Shown: in pieces, positions 13,470-27,711 of the stretch | Layout: every line of letters starts with the position of its first letter | Position numbering within the stretch: position 1 is the stretch's first letter | Assembly (NCBI RefSeq): GCF_036321535.1 | Contig: NC_087436.1 | Span: 71,302,001-71,366,000 of the forward strand | From: Camelus dromedarius | Lineage: Eukaryota | Length of the DNA: 64,000 bases | Direction of reading: 5' to 3' | Made by a program: the position numbers and the translations under genes | Notes under the pieces: model-generated | The model's database searches: none | Told to the model about the DNA's origin: nothing | The model's input: only the letters and a program-made list of their open reading frames with translations

Positions 13470-15500
13470 GCATTTGTATGCCCTCCACCAGCAATGTCCT
13501 TAGTGAGCTGTTTAGATATCCGCTATATCCTAGAGTCAAAGACAAACACATTTAAAATAATTTCTAAGTGATTTTTTAAAGTACTTAGACCTGCTGAAAA
13601 TGCTGATAATTCATTTACAAAGGCATCCACTGAGCCTTACCAGTGGTCACGTCCACGTGATCCCTACCTTCCATGCGAGGCCACCGTTTGGGGATATTGT
13701 ACATTTTCCACATACCATGCTGCTTAGAATGGTGGGCTCCTCTTGTATTGTGGGTTCATTATTTATTTGTGTATATTTGCTTCTTCACTTGTTTTGCTTT
13801 TAAACAGAGCACTCCCTGTGTAGTGCTCCAAGCCCACAGAGAGGAATTACAAAAGGATCAAAAGACAGAAGAAAATCCAGCAGAAATATACTAAAGTGAA
13901 TGGATTCAAAATGGCATTTCTTGAGAGATAACAGTTTTAAATTTGCAGAAATAATCATGGAAGGACATTACTCAAAATTTAAATAATACAGACCTTTGAG
14001 TTGTAGGGATGTAATTTTTTTCTCCTATGTTTAAAATTATTTTAGCATTTCTAAATGCTAAATGAAATCAAGATGTGCTACATTTATAAGGAAAATCAAA
14101 AATTAATAAATGAAGAGAGCTCTTTTTAGTAACCCAAAATGTCCTCCAGTAGTGAGTGAATTTTATGGGCTTCTGCTTGCTCATTGTCGATAGGCATCAC
14201 TTACAAGAAACTGGCAGAACACAGCAAACATTAGAGATAAATCATTTACTTTTACAAGCTGAAAATCATTAAATACTCACACAACAGTAATAACACTGTA
14301 ATTCATTTGCAATTTAAGGGAACACAATCAATTTTATTTTGAATAGGTTTGGAATGTTCAGCGATCTGATAGCTAGGCAGGCAAAAGGAATAAGAGTCAC
14401 TTCCAGATTAGCTATTACATGCTTCTGGAATTAGTTAATATAGATTGTTGGATATTTTACTTTAAATAGAAGTCGTCGTCTTATTTTAAATGGAATGTAG
14501 TAGTTCCTAGATAAATCACTAAAACTGGGAAATTTCAAAAGATGCCTCCAAGTCACCAATAAACAAATATTTAGTGAGGACTCCCTGTGGGCTGAGCAGG
14601 CTGCGAGCTTTACCCCTAGCCTGTAGCACACTACAAGTCCATCTCACCCTGAGTTGTAAAGATGACACAGCTAACTGGTGGCAGGTCTAGGATACACAGA
14701 TCCCTCAGCAGTTAACTGTAACAAAATACTGTCCTCTCTTAGAATCATGAAAGACTAATTCAAACCAACGTTTATCCTTAAACTCTACAGCACACTCCAT
14801 GTCTTTCTTTCATACCCTCTGTCTGCTTTTTCATGCACGAAATAAACTTACTAGACAATTATAAGAAAGGCAGTAATTTACCTTAGGGAGGGAGGATACA
14901 AAGTGAAGAGTGAGGAGCCACAGATGACAGGGGTTCCCTGGAACTGAGTGACTGCTTCCTTTTTCACTTCTGGGACTAAAGTCCATCCTAACTGACATGA
15001 GAGCAGGACTTTAATCGAGCGAGTCAAAGGCTAGCAATATCTGGAGGTGGAGGTAGTGGCCCTCGTGATGATGAGGAGAAAAGAAACTGATTAATTCATT
15101 TTCTTACCATCAGGAGAGAAGAGGGAACCCTGGGGCTGTGTTTAAGACTATTAGAGTATACTGTATACATCACTGAAATAACAGGTTTCAAATATCCAAG
15201 CTCAGATCAGCCAATCATCCCAGAGGTCCACAGTCTCCAAGTTATAGTCAGTCTTCCCCCCACCCCTGCGCCTCCTCTTCCCTCGCCCTAAAATATGGCC
15301 ACTTACACAACTAGAGACAAACTGATCATGACGTTAATTAAAAACATGGACCAAATGCCCACGCCCTCTTTGCCTTAAAAACAAAGAGAGCAGCAGACAA
15401 CAACAACAACAAAAATGCCTAGCATTCAGCATAGGAAACTTGACCAAAAAATAGGAACAGAAAAGATGGTCAAAATAGGTTATCTAAAAGGTCTGCTATT

Positions 15501-16160
15501 CATATGACCCAGTAATCCTGCTCCTGGGCCTATATCCAGAAGGAAGCCTACTTCAAAAAGACACCTGCACCCCAATGTTCATAGCAGCACTATTTACAAT
15601 AGCCAAGACATGGAAACAGCCTAAATGTCCATCAACAGATGACTGGATAAAGAAGAAGTGGTATGTTTATACAATGGAATACTATTCAGCCATAAAAATG
15701 ACAACATAACGCCATTTGCAGCAACATGGACGTCCCTGGAGAATGTCATTCTAAGTGAAGTAAGCCAGAGAGAAAGAAAAATACTGTATGAGATCACTCA
15801 CATGTAGAATCTAAAAAAAAAAAAAAAAAAAAAAAGAACATAAATACAAAACGGAAACAGACTCCTAGACATAGAATACAAACTTGTGGTTGCCAAAGGC
15901 GATGGGAAGGGATAGACTGGGGGTTCAAAATTTGTAGATACTGACAGGCATATGCAGAATAGATAAACAAGATTATACTGTATAGCACAGGGAAATACAT
16001 ACAAAATCTTGTGGTAGCTCACAGCAAAAAAAAAATGTGACAATGAATATATGTACGTTTGTGTATAACTGAAAAACTGTGTACTAAACTGGAATTTGAC
16101 ACAACATTGTAAAATGACTATAACTCAATAAAAAATGTTAAAAAATAAAAATGAATAAAT
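15501..16160 (+). mobile_element. Young camelid-type L1 3' fragment (L1-1_Vpa-like)
   Basis: ORF2 end 'ccaatgttcatagcagcactatttacaatagccaagacatgg', 3' UTR and A-tail; probable TSD gtctgctatt (15491-15500) / gtctggtatt (16164-16173). Confidence 0.95.
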
Positions 16161-17114
16161 GAAGTCTGGTATTGAAGTAGAAGTGGTTAAATACATGCAG
16201 ATGACATTTTGACAATATGAAGGTTTTATAACTTTCTCTGGTCTAGTTTTCTTTTGTGGAATTTGAGCAAATGATGATTCAATGAGTAACTGAATGAATA
16301 ATGAAAACTCAGAAATTTTCTTTAAGATAGTCCTGTGACACATTTTCTTCCCACACTCCAGGCTCTTCTAAGATATTCTGAAGCCCTCTACGTGGTCCCC
16401 TGTTTAAGAACTTCTAAATTAAATAATGATCATGATTTCAAATAGGTATTTAGTGACTAACTCCAGACACCAAAAAGGGTTTCTGCTTGATATGTGCCAT
16501 TTTCAGTAAGAGCAGGGCTGAATGTAACAAGGACCTTGAGAGAACACTTAAATATTCTATTGGAAACTGGTGACCACAAATGACGCAATGTTATCAAGCT
16601 CAGTTTATTTATTGCCCATAGGGCATTGGTTGCCAAAAACTGGCAGAACATAGGAAATATTAATGAAAAATGCTAATGAAATACAGCTTTGTACACACAA
16701 AGTCCTTTTGCCTTTTCAGAGGTGTTTTACACACTGCAAACCATTAAATATAAAAACTACTATTAGATAACGAATGTATTAGAAATGTTCAAGATCAGAA
16801 TCAATTTTATTTTGATTAGCTCTGGAGTTTGGTGAAGGATGAGGACTCTGTTTAAGGGAAAAGCCTAGGATTAGGGAAAAGACTGAAACTAGGGGGTAGG
16901 GCTTAGAGAGAACTAGGAACTGTGCAGAGAGACTAGACGATGGCTTTCCCAGTGTATATCAATATCTGGTCATCAAGAATATTCTGGATAAAAATTTTAA
17001 ATGTATTTACTTAATATTTTGACTCTATGATGGTCATACAAATCCACACAATCAGAAATACTTCTAAAAAGAAATACTTAGGGATAAATGCAAATTATCA
17101 AAACCAATGTATGC

Positions 17115-17340
17115 AGCACAGCATCACAGTTAAAAGTACGGTATTTTAACACTGGACAGACCCAATTCTGAACATTATGTCGACATCTAGGAAAAGTTTC
17201 TGCTAACTTCTCAAAGCCTCAGTTTCACCATCTGTGAAAGGAGGATAATAATAGGATTAAATGAGAAAATGCACAGGAAATCCAGTGTCTTGCATGTGTA
17301 CAAATCTCAAATTATACTTACTATTACTAACAGCTATCAT
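17115..17340 (+). mobile_element. MIR SINE
   Basis: 'gcctcagtttcaccatctgtgaaaggaggataataata' and 'ggattaaatgaga'. Confidence 0.85.
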
Positions 17341-17799
17341 CTTAATGTCAGTAACAACACTATTAGCATAAAGGGGTAGAATTTAGTATTCCAAACTTTT
17401 AAATAGAACCAAAAAACAAAAAGTTAACTATTGAGAGTATCTCCTTTTTTAAAAAAAAAATGGTCATTAGATAATTTTTAACCAGATATGGTTATCTTAA
17501 ATAGTCACAGATTTCTTTTCTTGTTTATTGGAGCTGCTCAAGATGGGTTTTCCAGTTTATCTTGCTCCTCTACAGAGTAACCAAGCTGAGGAAGGAATGA
17601 TTATTTTGTACCACAGGTCATATAAAGATGTGTGCTAACAATTTGAAAAAACTTCAGAAGCCACCAGAATTTCAAAAAACTGAGAGAGAGGAAGGAAAAA
17701 GAACTTTAGGAATGTCAACACTTTAAAGACCCCACATGAAAAAAGATTTGAAAATTAAGCTAGCAACAATAATTAATAAGTGTCCAAGCTCAAAGATCT

Positions 17800-18300
17800 A
17801 TCCATTTCTTGAAACATTGAGATGCATATTTTATAACAAAATCATATATTAATAAAAGCCATAAACATGCTATAACCACACTTCAAAAAAGGCTTAGAAT
17901 TAAAAGGAAAATTTAAATAAGTTGTTACCTATATCTAAATTTGGAGAATACTTTTAGCTATAAAGTGTCAGAAAGAAGAAAAGCCACAACAAATGCTAGA
18001 TAAGGTAAAACAAACAAACAAACAAAAAAACCTTATTTATAAGACCAAAGGAATATTCAAACTTTGGAAGTATCATTGCAAAATGATGTCACCATTCACA
18101 ATCAAGAGATACAAAAATATTCACAACCTTTGACTGAGAATCTCCCTGTTGGAATTCATTATAAGACCGTAAGTCAAAAGAATCATGAAGCCACAGGCAC
18201 TCAGGTAGTCACCACATCATTACCTATGCTATCAATAACCAGAAAGAAACAAAATGTCCTGTCATAAAGCAAAGGCCAAATACATTTGGAATATTCAATT
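17800..18300 (+). mobile_element. Ancient L1 (L1ME-like) fragment
   Basis: A-rich, with 'acctttgactgagaatctccctgttggaattcat' resembling the L1 ORF2 3' region; highly diverged. Confidence 0.5.
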
Positions 18301-19219
18301 AAAATCAGCAACCACAAATCGAATGTATTCTACATGCCAGGCACATGGCTAACACACGATAGCCTTGCTCTCCATACAGCCTCAACTCTAAGATATCAAT
18401 CTGACGAAATACAAAACACCCATTAGGAAACAGTAAAACAAAACAGATAAATCTGCATGGTAAAAGTATATAAAAATATGAAATAGAAAATATGAAATAC
18501 AATGATTTGAATCAGATAGAAATTGGACATACAGTGGGGTAAGAAATACAATCATGATTAACTGGAAGTTAATTAAGTTAATTATAGGGTGCTCACTAAT
18601 TCATTATCACCAATCTTAATTTGACAGGCTACTTCTCATGCCATCTGTTATGCATCAAACATCCCCTTTAAACATTTTTCTCTAGTGGACGGGAGATATT
18701 TTCTTCTGTCAATTCCATCTGTTTGTGCCAACGTGTGCTATAGCACCACCATAAAAGCTGGTATACTCAGAGAACTCATCCACACAAATAATAGAGATTC
18801 CAAAATTGACAAACCTACTCCTTTTAAGAGAGAGGGTCTTGTAGGCAAGTGAATTTTAAATGTACTCTTAGGACCAATGGTAAAAGTTCCAAACTCACAC
18901 TCTTTTAACACCTTTATTCAAACAAATTTGATTTCTCTGCTCAATCCTTCAGTTCAACCATACAAAGAAATGTTTTCATATTCCCTGATCTTTGGCTGAC
19001 TTAATAATTTCATTTACTTGGGCTAAGTGATATGTTTGCTACATGCAATTCAGTTTTCACACAAAGTTTTATTAAAAGTACTCATAAACGTTTCCCATGT
19101 GCAAGATTGGCAGACTTGCCTGTCCTGGTTGAACTTGAGACATGTTGAATGATTTTATCTGGGAAACAGTCATTCGCTCCTTTCTGTACTCCATCCTTCA
19201 CTGCTCCTTTCCTTTTCTT

Positions 19220-19520
19220 ATTTATTCAGTCATTCAACACACGTTTATCATGCACTTACTATACGCTGGATTCTGTTCTGAGCACTGAGGGTTAAGCAGT
19301 GAGTAAGAAAATAATCCCTCCCCTCAGAGAACTCATGCTGCAGTTGAGATACAACATTTTTAAAAAATGTGTCATTTCAGATCATGATAACTGCTACGAA
19401 AACATAAAGCAAGGAAGCGGTTAAACAGTGACTGGGGAGGGGGCTTGCTGTTTTGACTCTTCTGAGAGGTGGGAGGTTTGAGCAGAAGCCTGAATTGAGT
19501 GAGGGAGTGATGAAGTCCCC
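19220..19520 (-). mobile_element. L2 3' fragment
   Basis: 'cattcaacacacgtttatcatgcacttactat...gagcactgaggg...tttgagcagaagcctgaa'. Confidence 0.75.
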
Positions 19521-20979
19521 AACCTTCGGGAACTATCAACACCTGTAACAACATCAGCACTGGTTCAAATCCCTCTGGAGAAACAGAAACCAGAGGGATG
19601 ATTTAGACTCGTTTCCCTTCTGTGCTGTCAGTCCTGAAAAGTCTAGTCACGGCCCAAGCCTTCTGGAACAAGGAACAGCCATGAAGGCCAAAGCTGGCCT
19701 GATCCCAAGTGCACCATACCAACATGGGTGCATTTCACACAGGCACAGTTGGTCCCTGGCTGTGAAATGCCCAAATTCTCAAAAAGTCAAACCTCTTCAT
19801 ATTTTGGTCAGCTTACCTATGCTTGACTATTTTTGCCAAGTAGAATCACATATTGCAATCATCTGAAGAAAAACACAATCCTATCTAGACCAAAGAAAGG
19901 GTAAGAAAAAAGTCATGATGAAGAGCAAGGTTAATTATGGTAATGAAATATCTTCCCACAGGTCCCCAAATCCCTAACTACATTACAAGAGTCTCCATTC
20001 TCCATGCCTCTCCCAACAAGAGTATCCATTCTCCACTGCTTCTGTCCAAAGAAAGTACTGAGACTTAGGTGATATTTTTTCTTATTGTCTTTTTCAGTGT
20101 TTTTAAACCTATTTTGGATATTAAAACAGGCAAACAAACAAAAACTGAAGTAGTTGGTAAGATTTTTTTTAAAGAAAAATTTCCTCTTCCATATCTCTGC
20201 ACCTATATTTTTTTAAAACTTGGCCAGTTACAGGTGGCTAGCAGCAAAGAGCTGTACCCTGCCATTAACCAAATAGAAGCCTCACTGAAAAGGATCAAGA
20301 GCTCTGTGTTTCATCAATTTCACATCCCAGCATTAGCACCAGCCAAGCAGACACAGCCAGGCTGCCAAGACAAACAAATGGGGCTTGGCAGAAGGGGGGC
20401 AGGTTTCTGGAGACAACCCTCCAGTCTAAACTTCTTAAGGAGTCGGTATAAACGTGCTTTTATGGAAAAGGTGCTGCCCCATCTAAAAAGCGTAGATTCA
20501 GTTCAAACACTGCCACCTTTCACTGGTTATGTTGGCTTAAGGTGTGTGCAGCTCAGTGACTATGCAAAACCTGCGTCACAGCTACCTGCTGCTCACTTTT
20601 TTAATCCCCAAACCAAAACGTTGGGAGCCACACTGAACACTGGCTGTTTTATCAGAAAGAAAATAAGAGTAAAGAAGGATGCTGGGCCACAGAGCCCTTC
20701 CCTGCCTCCACCCCGACCTCATCCAAATAGGGAGTTTACAGGAGGTGAATAAATGATTATAGGTCCCCTCTGTTACTCCAGCTTGGTGGACAGAAGTTAA
20801 ATTTAGTATGGGATAGCCCTCCTTCATTCCTTTTCTACAGTTTGTCAGTAGCCAAATATTTCTTAAAGGTTAAGCTTCTTAGAGATGGTGGAGGGGAGGC
20901 TCAGTTCTGAAACCTAAAAACACTGAAAATATTTTACAGGAAATTCTAAATTTTTAAATGTAAATTTTAAAAATTACTA

Positions 20980-21130
20980 TTGATGAACATTTGTGGACTA
21001 TCTACGTCTACTCTGTGCTGAACTCTGGGTAAGGCACTAGAGATACAAAAGAGAATATGGCATTCAGTCTCCTTGAGGAACCAGCAATCTAATTCAGTCA
21101 AATACTTTTGGCAACAACTAAAAAAAGAAA
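20980..21130 (-). mobile_element. L2 3' fragment
   Basis: 'aacatttgtggactatcta...ggcactagagatacaaaagagaat...cagtctccttgaggaa'. Confidence 0.6.
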
Positions 21131-21369
21131 AATTACAAATCGTGAACACTTGAGAGATTTGTGTTCCCAAGAATGTGCACAAAGAATCTCTATAAAGTGA
21201 TGTACCAGAATTCCATGAGCCAGTTTGGAAAGGCAGTCTCATTACTTAATGCTCAAACTTCATAACCTTCATCCTAGAAGTTTCAGGCATTTATTTAAAC
21301 TGTGTGTCACCAAAAGAGGATTCAAGTATCCATGGTAACAATGAGCCACCCTCACAGGAGTGGGAGAAG

Positions 21370-21993
21370 TATTTCATTCATTCATCCTCTTAAGTACTGG
21401 GCATCTAGGATGTTCCAAGCAGTGTTCTCTAGGTGTTGGGAATATGATAGAAAATGAGACAGAAAAAGCCCTCATCCTCATGAAATTTACAACCCAGGTT
21501 GGGAGAAAGAATATTAACAAGTAAATAAAAGAATACTATTGCTTAGTCAGTGACAATTACAATGATAAAAATTAGCCCGAGTCCTGGGAAGAGCTGAGGT
21601 GGAAGCCCAAGTATTGGGAGGACTGTTTTAAGAGAAGGATAGTGTAGGGAGGCCGTTTTGCAGAAGTAATACTTGAGCAAAGATCTGAAGGATCAAAAGG
21701 AGCCAACCATGTAGAAGGAGTGGCTGGCAGAAGGAGCAGCAAGAGGAAGAAATGAGCTTAGCAAGTTCCAGGAAGAACAAGAAGGCCAAAGCGGCTGGCA
21801 TATAGTCAGCCAGGGCGAAGTGGCAAGACTCAGGGTCAGTCTCAGCCAAGGTCCAGATCATGAAAGGCCTGTAGACCACAGAAAGGAGTTTGGATTTTAT
21901 TCCAGTGGTAATGGGAGACCACTGGGAGGGGAGGGTTATACACGGGTGGGGGTCATGATCTGATTTACTTGTTTTTAAAAGTAAGTCTGGCTG
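21370..21993 (-). mobile_element. L2 3' region
   Basis: Begins 'ttcattcattcat'; contains 'ccagatcatgaaaggcctgtagacca...ggagtttggattttattcc...catgatctgattt'. Confidence 0.85.
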
Positions 21994-22730
21994 AATTCAT
22001 TCATCCAAATTTTTTTGAGTATTTACTATATTTGAGATGTTAGGGATACAGGAGTCAACAACAAAAAGCAAAATCTCTACGTTCATGAAGCTTGGGCATA
22101 GGGCGGAGACTCTAAGGGCAATTAACACAAAGCAAACAAGCCAGCTTAATATGTCCAGTGATGAAAACTTCTATGAAGAAAACGAGAAAGAGGAAGTGGA
22201 ATATCATGATCGAAGGTGCCACTTCAGACCGGTTGGTTGGGGAAGGTCTCTCTGATGAACTGACAGAGCTCTGCTGGAAAAGTATTCTAGGCAGGTAGTC
22301 AGTGGAGAGGTCCAGATGAGAGCAGACCTGGCTTGTGGCTGGCAGTGTGGCCTGGGGGACAACATAGAAATTAGAGAGGTAGCCTGGGGCAGGGTCGTGG
22401 CTGCCTTGTGAGCTGTGGTAGTTTGGATTACCTTCTGAATAACAAGGAAGACCGCTGGATGGTCCTAAGCAGAGGAGTGACAACCTGATCTGTATTTTGA
22501 AAGTTTCAGTCTGACTACCGGGTGGAGAAAGGATGGTATGGGACCAAGCACAGATGTAGGAAATCCAGTTAGAGCATAGGAAATCTGAGTGGCTTGGACA
22601 GGAAGACATGGTCAGATTCTGGATATATTCTGAAGGCAGTGCCAGCAGAATTTGCTGGTGGACAGGAGGTGTTGGATGAGAAGGAATGAGAGCCTTGAAG
22701 GATGATTCTGATGTTTTTGCCTTGGACACA
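21994..22730 (-). mobile_element. Second adjacent L2 3' region
   Basis: Restarts with 'attcattcatccaaatt...gagtatttactat'; 'gcagaggagtgacaacctgatctg' and 'gattctggatatattctgaagg'. Confidence 0.85.
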
Positions 22731-22779
22731 ATGCTTTTTCTAGTTACCCTCTACCTACTCCCTGGCTGCACTTTCTATA

Positions 22780-23985
22780 TATTCCTGGTGGGCTGCATTA
22801 AACCTAATGTTATCTGCCCAAGTTCTATCTTTGACCATTGTCTCTTCTCTGTCTAGATACTCTTCCTGAACATTTTCATTTATTCCCATCGCTTCAACTA
22901 TAGCTCTGTGTGATGATTCCCAAAATAACCGAGTGGGAAAACGTTGTACTTTAGGGTCAGATAAACCTAGACTTTGTTCCAAGTTCCAGCACTTCCAGCT
23001 ACATGATCTGAGGTCAGATACGTGCTTTCTGAACCTGCTTCCTCATCTGTCCATTACAGATGGTACTACCTCAGTGGATACTGAGATAATTACATATTGT
23101 TAAAAATCTTACTGTATCCCTGGTACATTAAAAGTACTCAAACAAGGCTGTGTTTCATTCTGTTTGAATCTTCACTCCCAGCTCAAGCCCGCCCCTCAAA
23201 AAAGCTTGCTTCTCTCTTCCAAACAGTCACCCAAACCTGCAGCCTAAGAGTCACCCTAGGCCTCCTCCCTTCAGCCTCTTCAGGACCCATTTCCAATTGC
23301 CCAGTCAGCAGATTCAACCCCCTACAAACCTCCTGATTTCACTCCCTCCTGTTAATCCGATACATAGCTATTACCCACGGCATCTGCCGACCCCCATCTC
23401 GAGTGTCACTACTACAGCCTTATCTCAGGACACATCACTTCCCACTGGATCTACTTCTGACTTCTCCCCAGCGCCGTGCCAGTGATCCTCCTAAAACACA
23501 AGACCACATCACGCCTTATACAAATGCAATGAATGGCTTCCTATCATTGAAAGAAGTTCCACACTTACTAATATACACTCAGGATACACTGGTGTCAGCC
23601 CCACTGTAGATCTCCAACGTACTCTCTTGCATTATCCCATTTTTACTCTATATTCTCACAATTTAAAAATTCATACTAGCCTCTTCCACCATGATTTGTC
23701 CCATGCTATTTCCTCTGCTTAAAAACTTTCCTTCCTTCCAGCTTTCTACATTCTATACCTACTTGTCCTATAGCTTCAAGTCTTACCTCCTCTGAAGCAT
23801 CCTCATGGCGTGTGTCCCAGACTGAGTTGGTGTCCCTCTAGGTGATGCCATAGTAGTCAGTCTGCATCACTTTACCTCATCACATCTCATTGTAATTCTT
23901 CACTTACTGGTACAGCACCCCCACTAGACTGCCATCCTTGAAAATAGGACAACTCATGACTCATCCTTGTTTCCTCAGTGGTTAT
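22780..23985 (+). mobile_element. L2 ORF2/3' fragment interrupted by a MIR
   Basis: Pyrimidine-rich L2-like sequence on both sides of the MIR; 3' 'ccccactagactg...catccttgtttcctcagtg'. Confidence 0.65.
22935..23150 (+). mobile_element. MIR SINE inserted in L2
   Basis: 'tttagggtcagataaacctag...ctgaacctgcttcctcatctgt...ctggtacattaaaagtactcaa'. Confidence 0.75.
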
Positions 23986-25207
23986 CACCCCACTGCAACC
24001 CACAGTCCAATCACATTCTAACATTCAAAGATATTAAACTACGTCTCAACATCACATGGCCTATATTCTCGGAGCAAAGAAGATTATGATCCCAGGCCCA
24101 TTTTGCTCCAACATCTACACCTCCTCAAAATCAGAATCATGTAAAGATATATTATTTTTTTAATCCTTCAGAGATTTTCAGAGTTTGAAAAAAACTCTTT
24201 ATGTAGAGCTCAAGAAAATCTTCACTGTATCTAAAAATATTCAAATAATAAATTATTTTAGATCACCTCATTTACAAACCCTTACTCAACCGAAAAATAC
24301 ACGTGGCATACAGATAAGAATCTGGTTGGTAAAGTTTCTCTATTATCATGGTTATGATGTTCATGAAATTGATAATTTTTTTCCACAGTAATCATCATCC
24401 AAAGTCTTACAGGAGTCTTAAGGGACAATAGCCAAATTTATTTCCAAATACAAATAAATTGATGGCAAATATCATGCAATTATTTCACAGTTCACAGTTT
24501 TCATTTTTTAAAGTACTTCATAATTTTACTGTAAACTACCCACATGGCAATTATATAAATGAGGAGCTGGATATATCACTTATTTTAAGAGGTACTCTAT
24601 ACCTAGCCATATTTAAATGGAATAAGAAATAATGGTTAAGAAAAGCATTATCCAAATACCATAAGGCATGTAATACTTTCCATTAGGGCTTAAATAATGT
24701 CTTAGAAAAATCTTATTATTTCTTTCAGACACCACTCCATTAAACAGATCATAATGAAGTTAAACTAACAGTGTTGAATTTTGCATGTATTAAAACAAAC
24801 AAACGAGATTAGAATTTGAATCCTCCTGACTTGGTTCATGGCTGATTTTGCCAACCCCATCTCATGATCCCTCCCTTCAACTGACAGACACACTTCTAAT
24901 TTAAGCTATACCTTGTTTATTTTTCATATTTAGAGGGAAAGCAGTCTCCTCAGTTTCAATAAGAAGACAGCACAGCATCTTTCTTACCAGGAATAATTGT
25001 TAGATAATCAATCAGAATTTTTCATATACAATATCCTACAGTACATACAATTATAAACTATACTGTAATCATATAATTAAACCCTACTCATCAATTATTA
25101 CCAAATAACAAGTTAGCACTCTTGCCCCCCCTAGTGGGTGAATGAATACAAAACTGTGTTTGTTTTTCCCAGAAAGGTAAAAACTAAGCCTGAAGGGTGT
25201 AAATGAA

Positions 25208-25529
25208 CAGTCATCCCTTGGTATCCAGGGAGACTGGTCCCAGCACCTCCGCCCACCCCGCAGATACCCAAATCCAAGGATGCTCAAGTCCCTTATATAA
25301 AACATAGTATTTGTATATAGCCTATGCACACCCTCCCATATAGAGATGAGTAATCATCTCTAGATTACTTTAATACCTAATACAATACAAATGCTATGTA
25401 AATAGTTGTCAACACATAGCATATTTGAGTTTTGCTTTTGGGAACTTTCTGGAATTGTTTCAGGATATTTTCTATTCACAGTTGGTTGGATCAGTGGATA
25501 CAGAACCTGTGGCTATAGAGAGCTGACTG
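25208..25529 (+). mobile_element. MER2/MER2B (TcMar-Tigger) MITE, full length
   Basis: Ends 'cagtcatccc...' and '...agctgactg' followed by TA; internal 'aaatccaaggatgctcaagtcccttatataaaa'. Confidence 0.9.
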
Positions 25530-25619
25530 TATATTCAGAAATGTGCTTAGAAGACAAGAGTAGCTACTAACCAGTTAGCAGTGTCATCCAAGAGCCTCGT
25601 GAGCACTGATGTGAGCACG

Positions 25620-25830
25620 CCACATTATAGTGAAAAGAGATCGTCTGAATTCCAGCTCCAACCCATGGGAGCAATGCTGTCCCAGGCTAGCTGTTTCACA
25701 TCATAAGCGCCACTGCATCATCTCTAGAACGAGTCTGATAATAGCGACTTCACAGGTCTGTCATGAGGTAACACACGTTCAGTGACTTGCACAGCACCTG
25801 GCACGCATGAGTTCATGAAGAAATCTACTT
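25620..25830 (+). mobile_element. MIR SINE (degraded)
   Basis: 3' part 'ttcacaggtctgtcatgagg...gcacagcacctggcac'. Confidence 0.55.
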
Positions 25831-26310
25831 CCCTCCCTCCTTACTGCTGTCTTAGTCCTCACATCTCAATGGTAAGCGCACACAAGTTTCTCAGGTCTGC
25901 CTCTTTCAAATATTCTCAGTGTGCCATATATTTGGAGACACTCTCTCAGGGAAGACTTCAAATTTGCATACATGATAAGAAGAGCAAGTTGGTTTCAGGT
26001 CACATTCAATATCACTAGGCAGATACTGGCTCTCATGCTGGTTTCATTCTGAATCAGGATTCCAGTCCTTTCGGCATATCCTGTCACTCTGTGCCTGGCC
26101 ACAGGCAAAGTGGCTTAGCCACACTGACTGGATTTCTCCACCTCTCGGACACATACTCTAATTGCCACCTACTTCTCAGACTAGAGGATAACCAGGACTA
26201 ATTTTTAGAAGTTCCTTTAAATTTCAAAGAATAAAAAGATGAAAAAATATATATAACAGTAAGCATTTTTAACAATGACATACATTATCCTATACATCCA
26301 TGATTTAGAG

Positions 26311-27711
26311 CAGTGGTTCTCCAAGGTTGGTCTGTGAATCCCTGGGGATGCTGAGACCCATTCTCTTAAAGGGGTTCTGCAAGGTCAAAACTAGTTTCAC
26401 CTTAATATGCAGATGTTTTTGCCTTTTCACTGTGTTGACATTTGCTCTGATGGTGCAAAAGCAATGGTGAGTGAAACTTCTGGCACCTGAGCATGACTCT
26501 AGGCATCGAGTCCCCACTGTGCTGGCTGCCACGATGCTCCTTATCACCAACACCTACAGTAATCACAATAATTTTCAAAAGGCCAGTTGAACTTAACAAC
26601 GTCCTGAGAAAGCAGTAACACATTTTATTAAATCTTTAGCCTTAAGCACAAAACTTTAAATATTCTGTGACACAGTGGGAAGTACACAACCATAATCACA
26701 CTTCTATCACATATCAAAATATAAGGGAGACCGCAAGGAAGATCACTTATGCACTATTGTTTGAGGTGTGACTTGAACTAGCCACTTTTTTTTCAGGGAA
26801 CATCATTCTCACTTGAAATAACAACTAAAATAAATTATGGTTATTCAAACTTGGGTATTTGGCAAACATCTTGAAAATGAATAAAGCAAGCCTGCCTCTT
26901 CAAGGAAAACAACTGACATGATTTGCTGCCAACGATAAAATTCAAGCTTTCCAATGAAAATTAGAATTGTGGAGTACTTGTATCTTCCACTGTATGCTGA
27001 CAACAACCCAACCCTAAAAGACTTTTTTTCTGATTCTATCTGGGAATATATTAACAAATGTTGATATTGTAATATCTCATAACTCAGTGAACCAATATTT
27101 TCCAAACGACCAACGCATGAAATTACAAAATCATACACGGCTAAATGATCCACTGGAAGAACAACATGGATTTTAATGTAACAGAGTACAAAAATACTTG
27201 ATATGGTTTCAGATTCCACGCTGCAACTAACCCTTAAAATGTTACCGTTTGTTAAATTTTAGGACAGGATAAAATAAGATCCTTAATTATCTGAAAAGGC
27301 TATTAAAATACTTTCTTTTCCAACTGCATTTGCTCATAAAATCAAACTTTTTTCACATACTTCAACCAAAACCAACCTATGAAAATACAAAAGCAGATAT
27401 GAAAACCTAGCAGACTTCTATTAAGCCAGATATTAAAGAGGTTTGGGAAAATGAAAACTAATGCCATCCTTCTATTTTTTTTTTAAAAATACATCTCTTT
27501 TGCATAAAAAGTTTTTTGTGTTAACACATAATGGGTTTAGTGTTGTTATTTTAAATACATTAATAAATCCATATTGTAACATTTTCTCAGCTTTAATTTC
27601 TGATCTGCTAAATGTAGACAGACGTAATCTATATAAGCAAAATCTCTTTGAAGTTTTCAATAATTTTTCAGACTATAAGAGTTCCAAGGTCAGAAAGTTT
27701 GAGAACCACTA
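26311..27711 (+). mobile_element. Charlie1a-like hAT DNA transposon, near full length (about 1.4 kb)
   Basis: Inverted termini cagtggttctc / gagaaccacta; 8-bp TSD-like flanks atttagag / tcttagag; internal 'gacatttgctctgatggtgcaaaagcaatggtg' is decayed transposase DNA. Confidence 0.9.

Noticed and set aside
20069..20752. Longest ORF in the track (227 aa, + strand)
   Set aside because: GTG start, no recognisable domain, composition typical of non-coding DNA; likely chance.
22112..22729. 205-aa minus-strand ORF
   Set aside because: Lies entirely within a decayed L2 element.
21370..23985. Oppositely oriented L2 copies as a possible RNA fold-back
   Set aside because: Copies look too diverged for stable pairing; no extended complementarity seen.
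24980..25065. Minus-strand donor CTG|GTAAGA (also similar sites near 15105, 33765 and 51855)
   Set aside because: Isolated donor-like motifs are common; no supporting exon-like composition or good acceptor.
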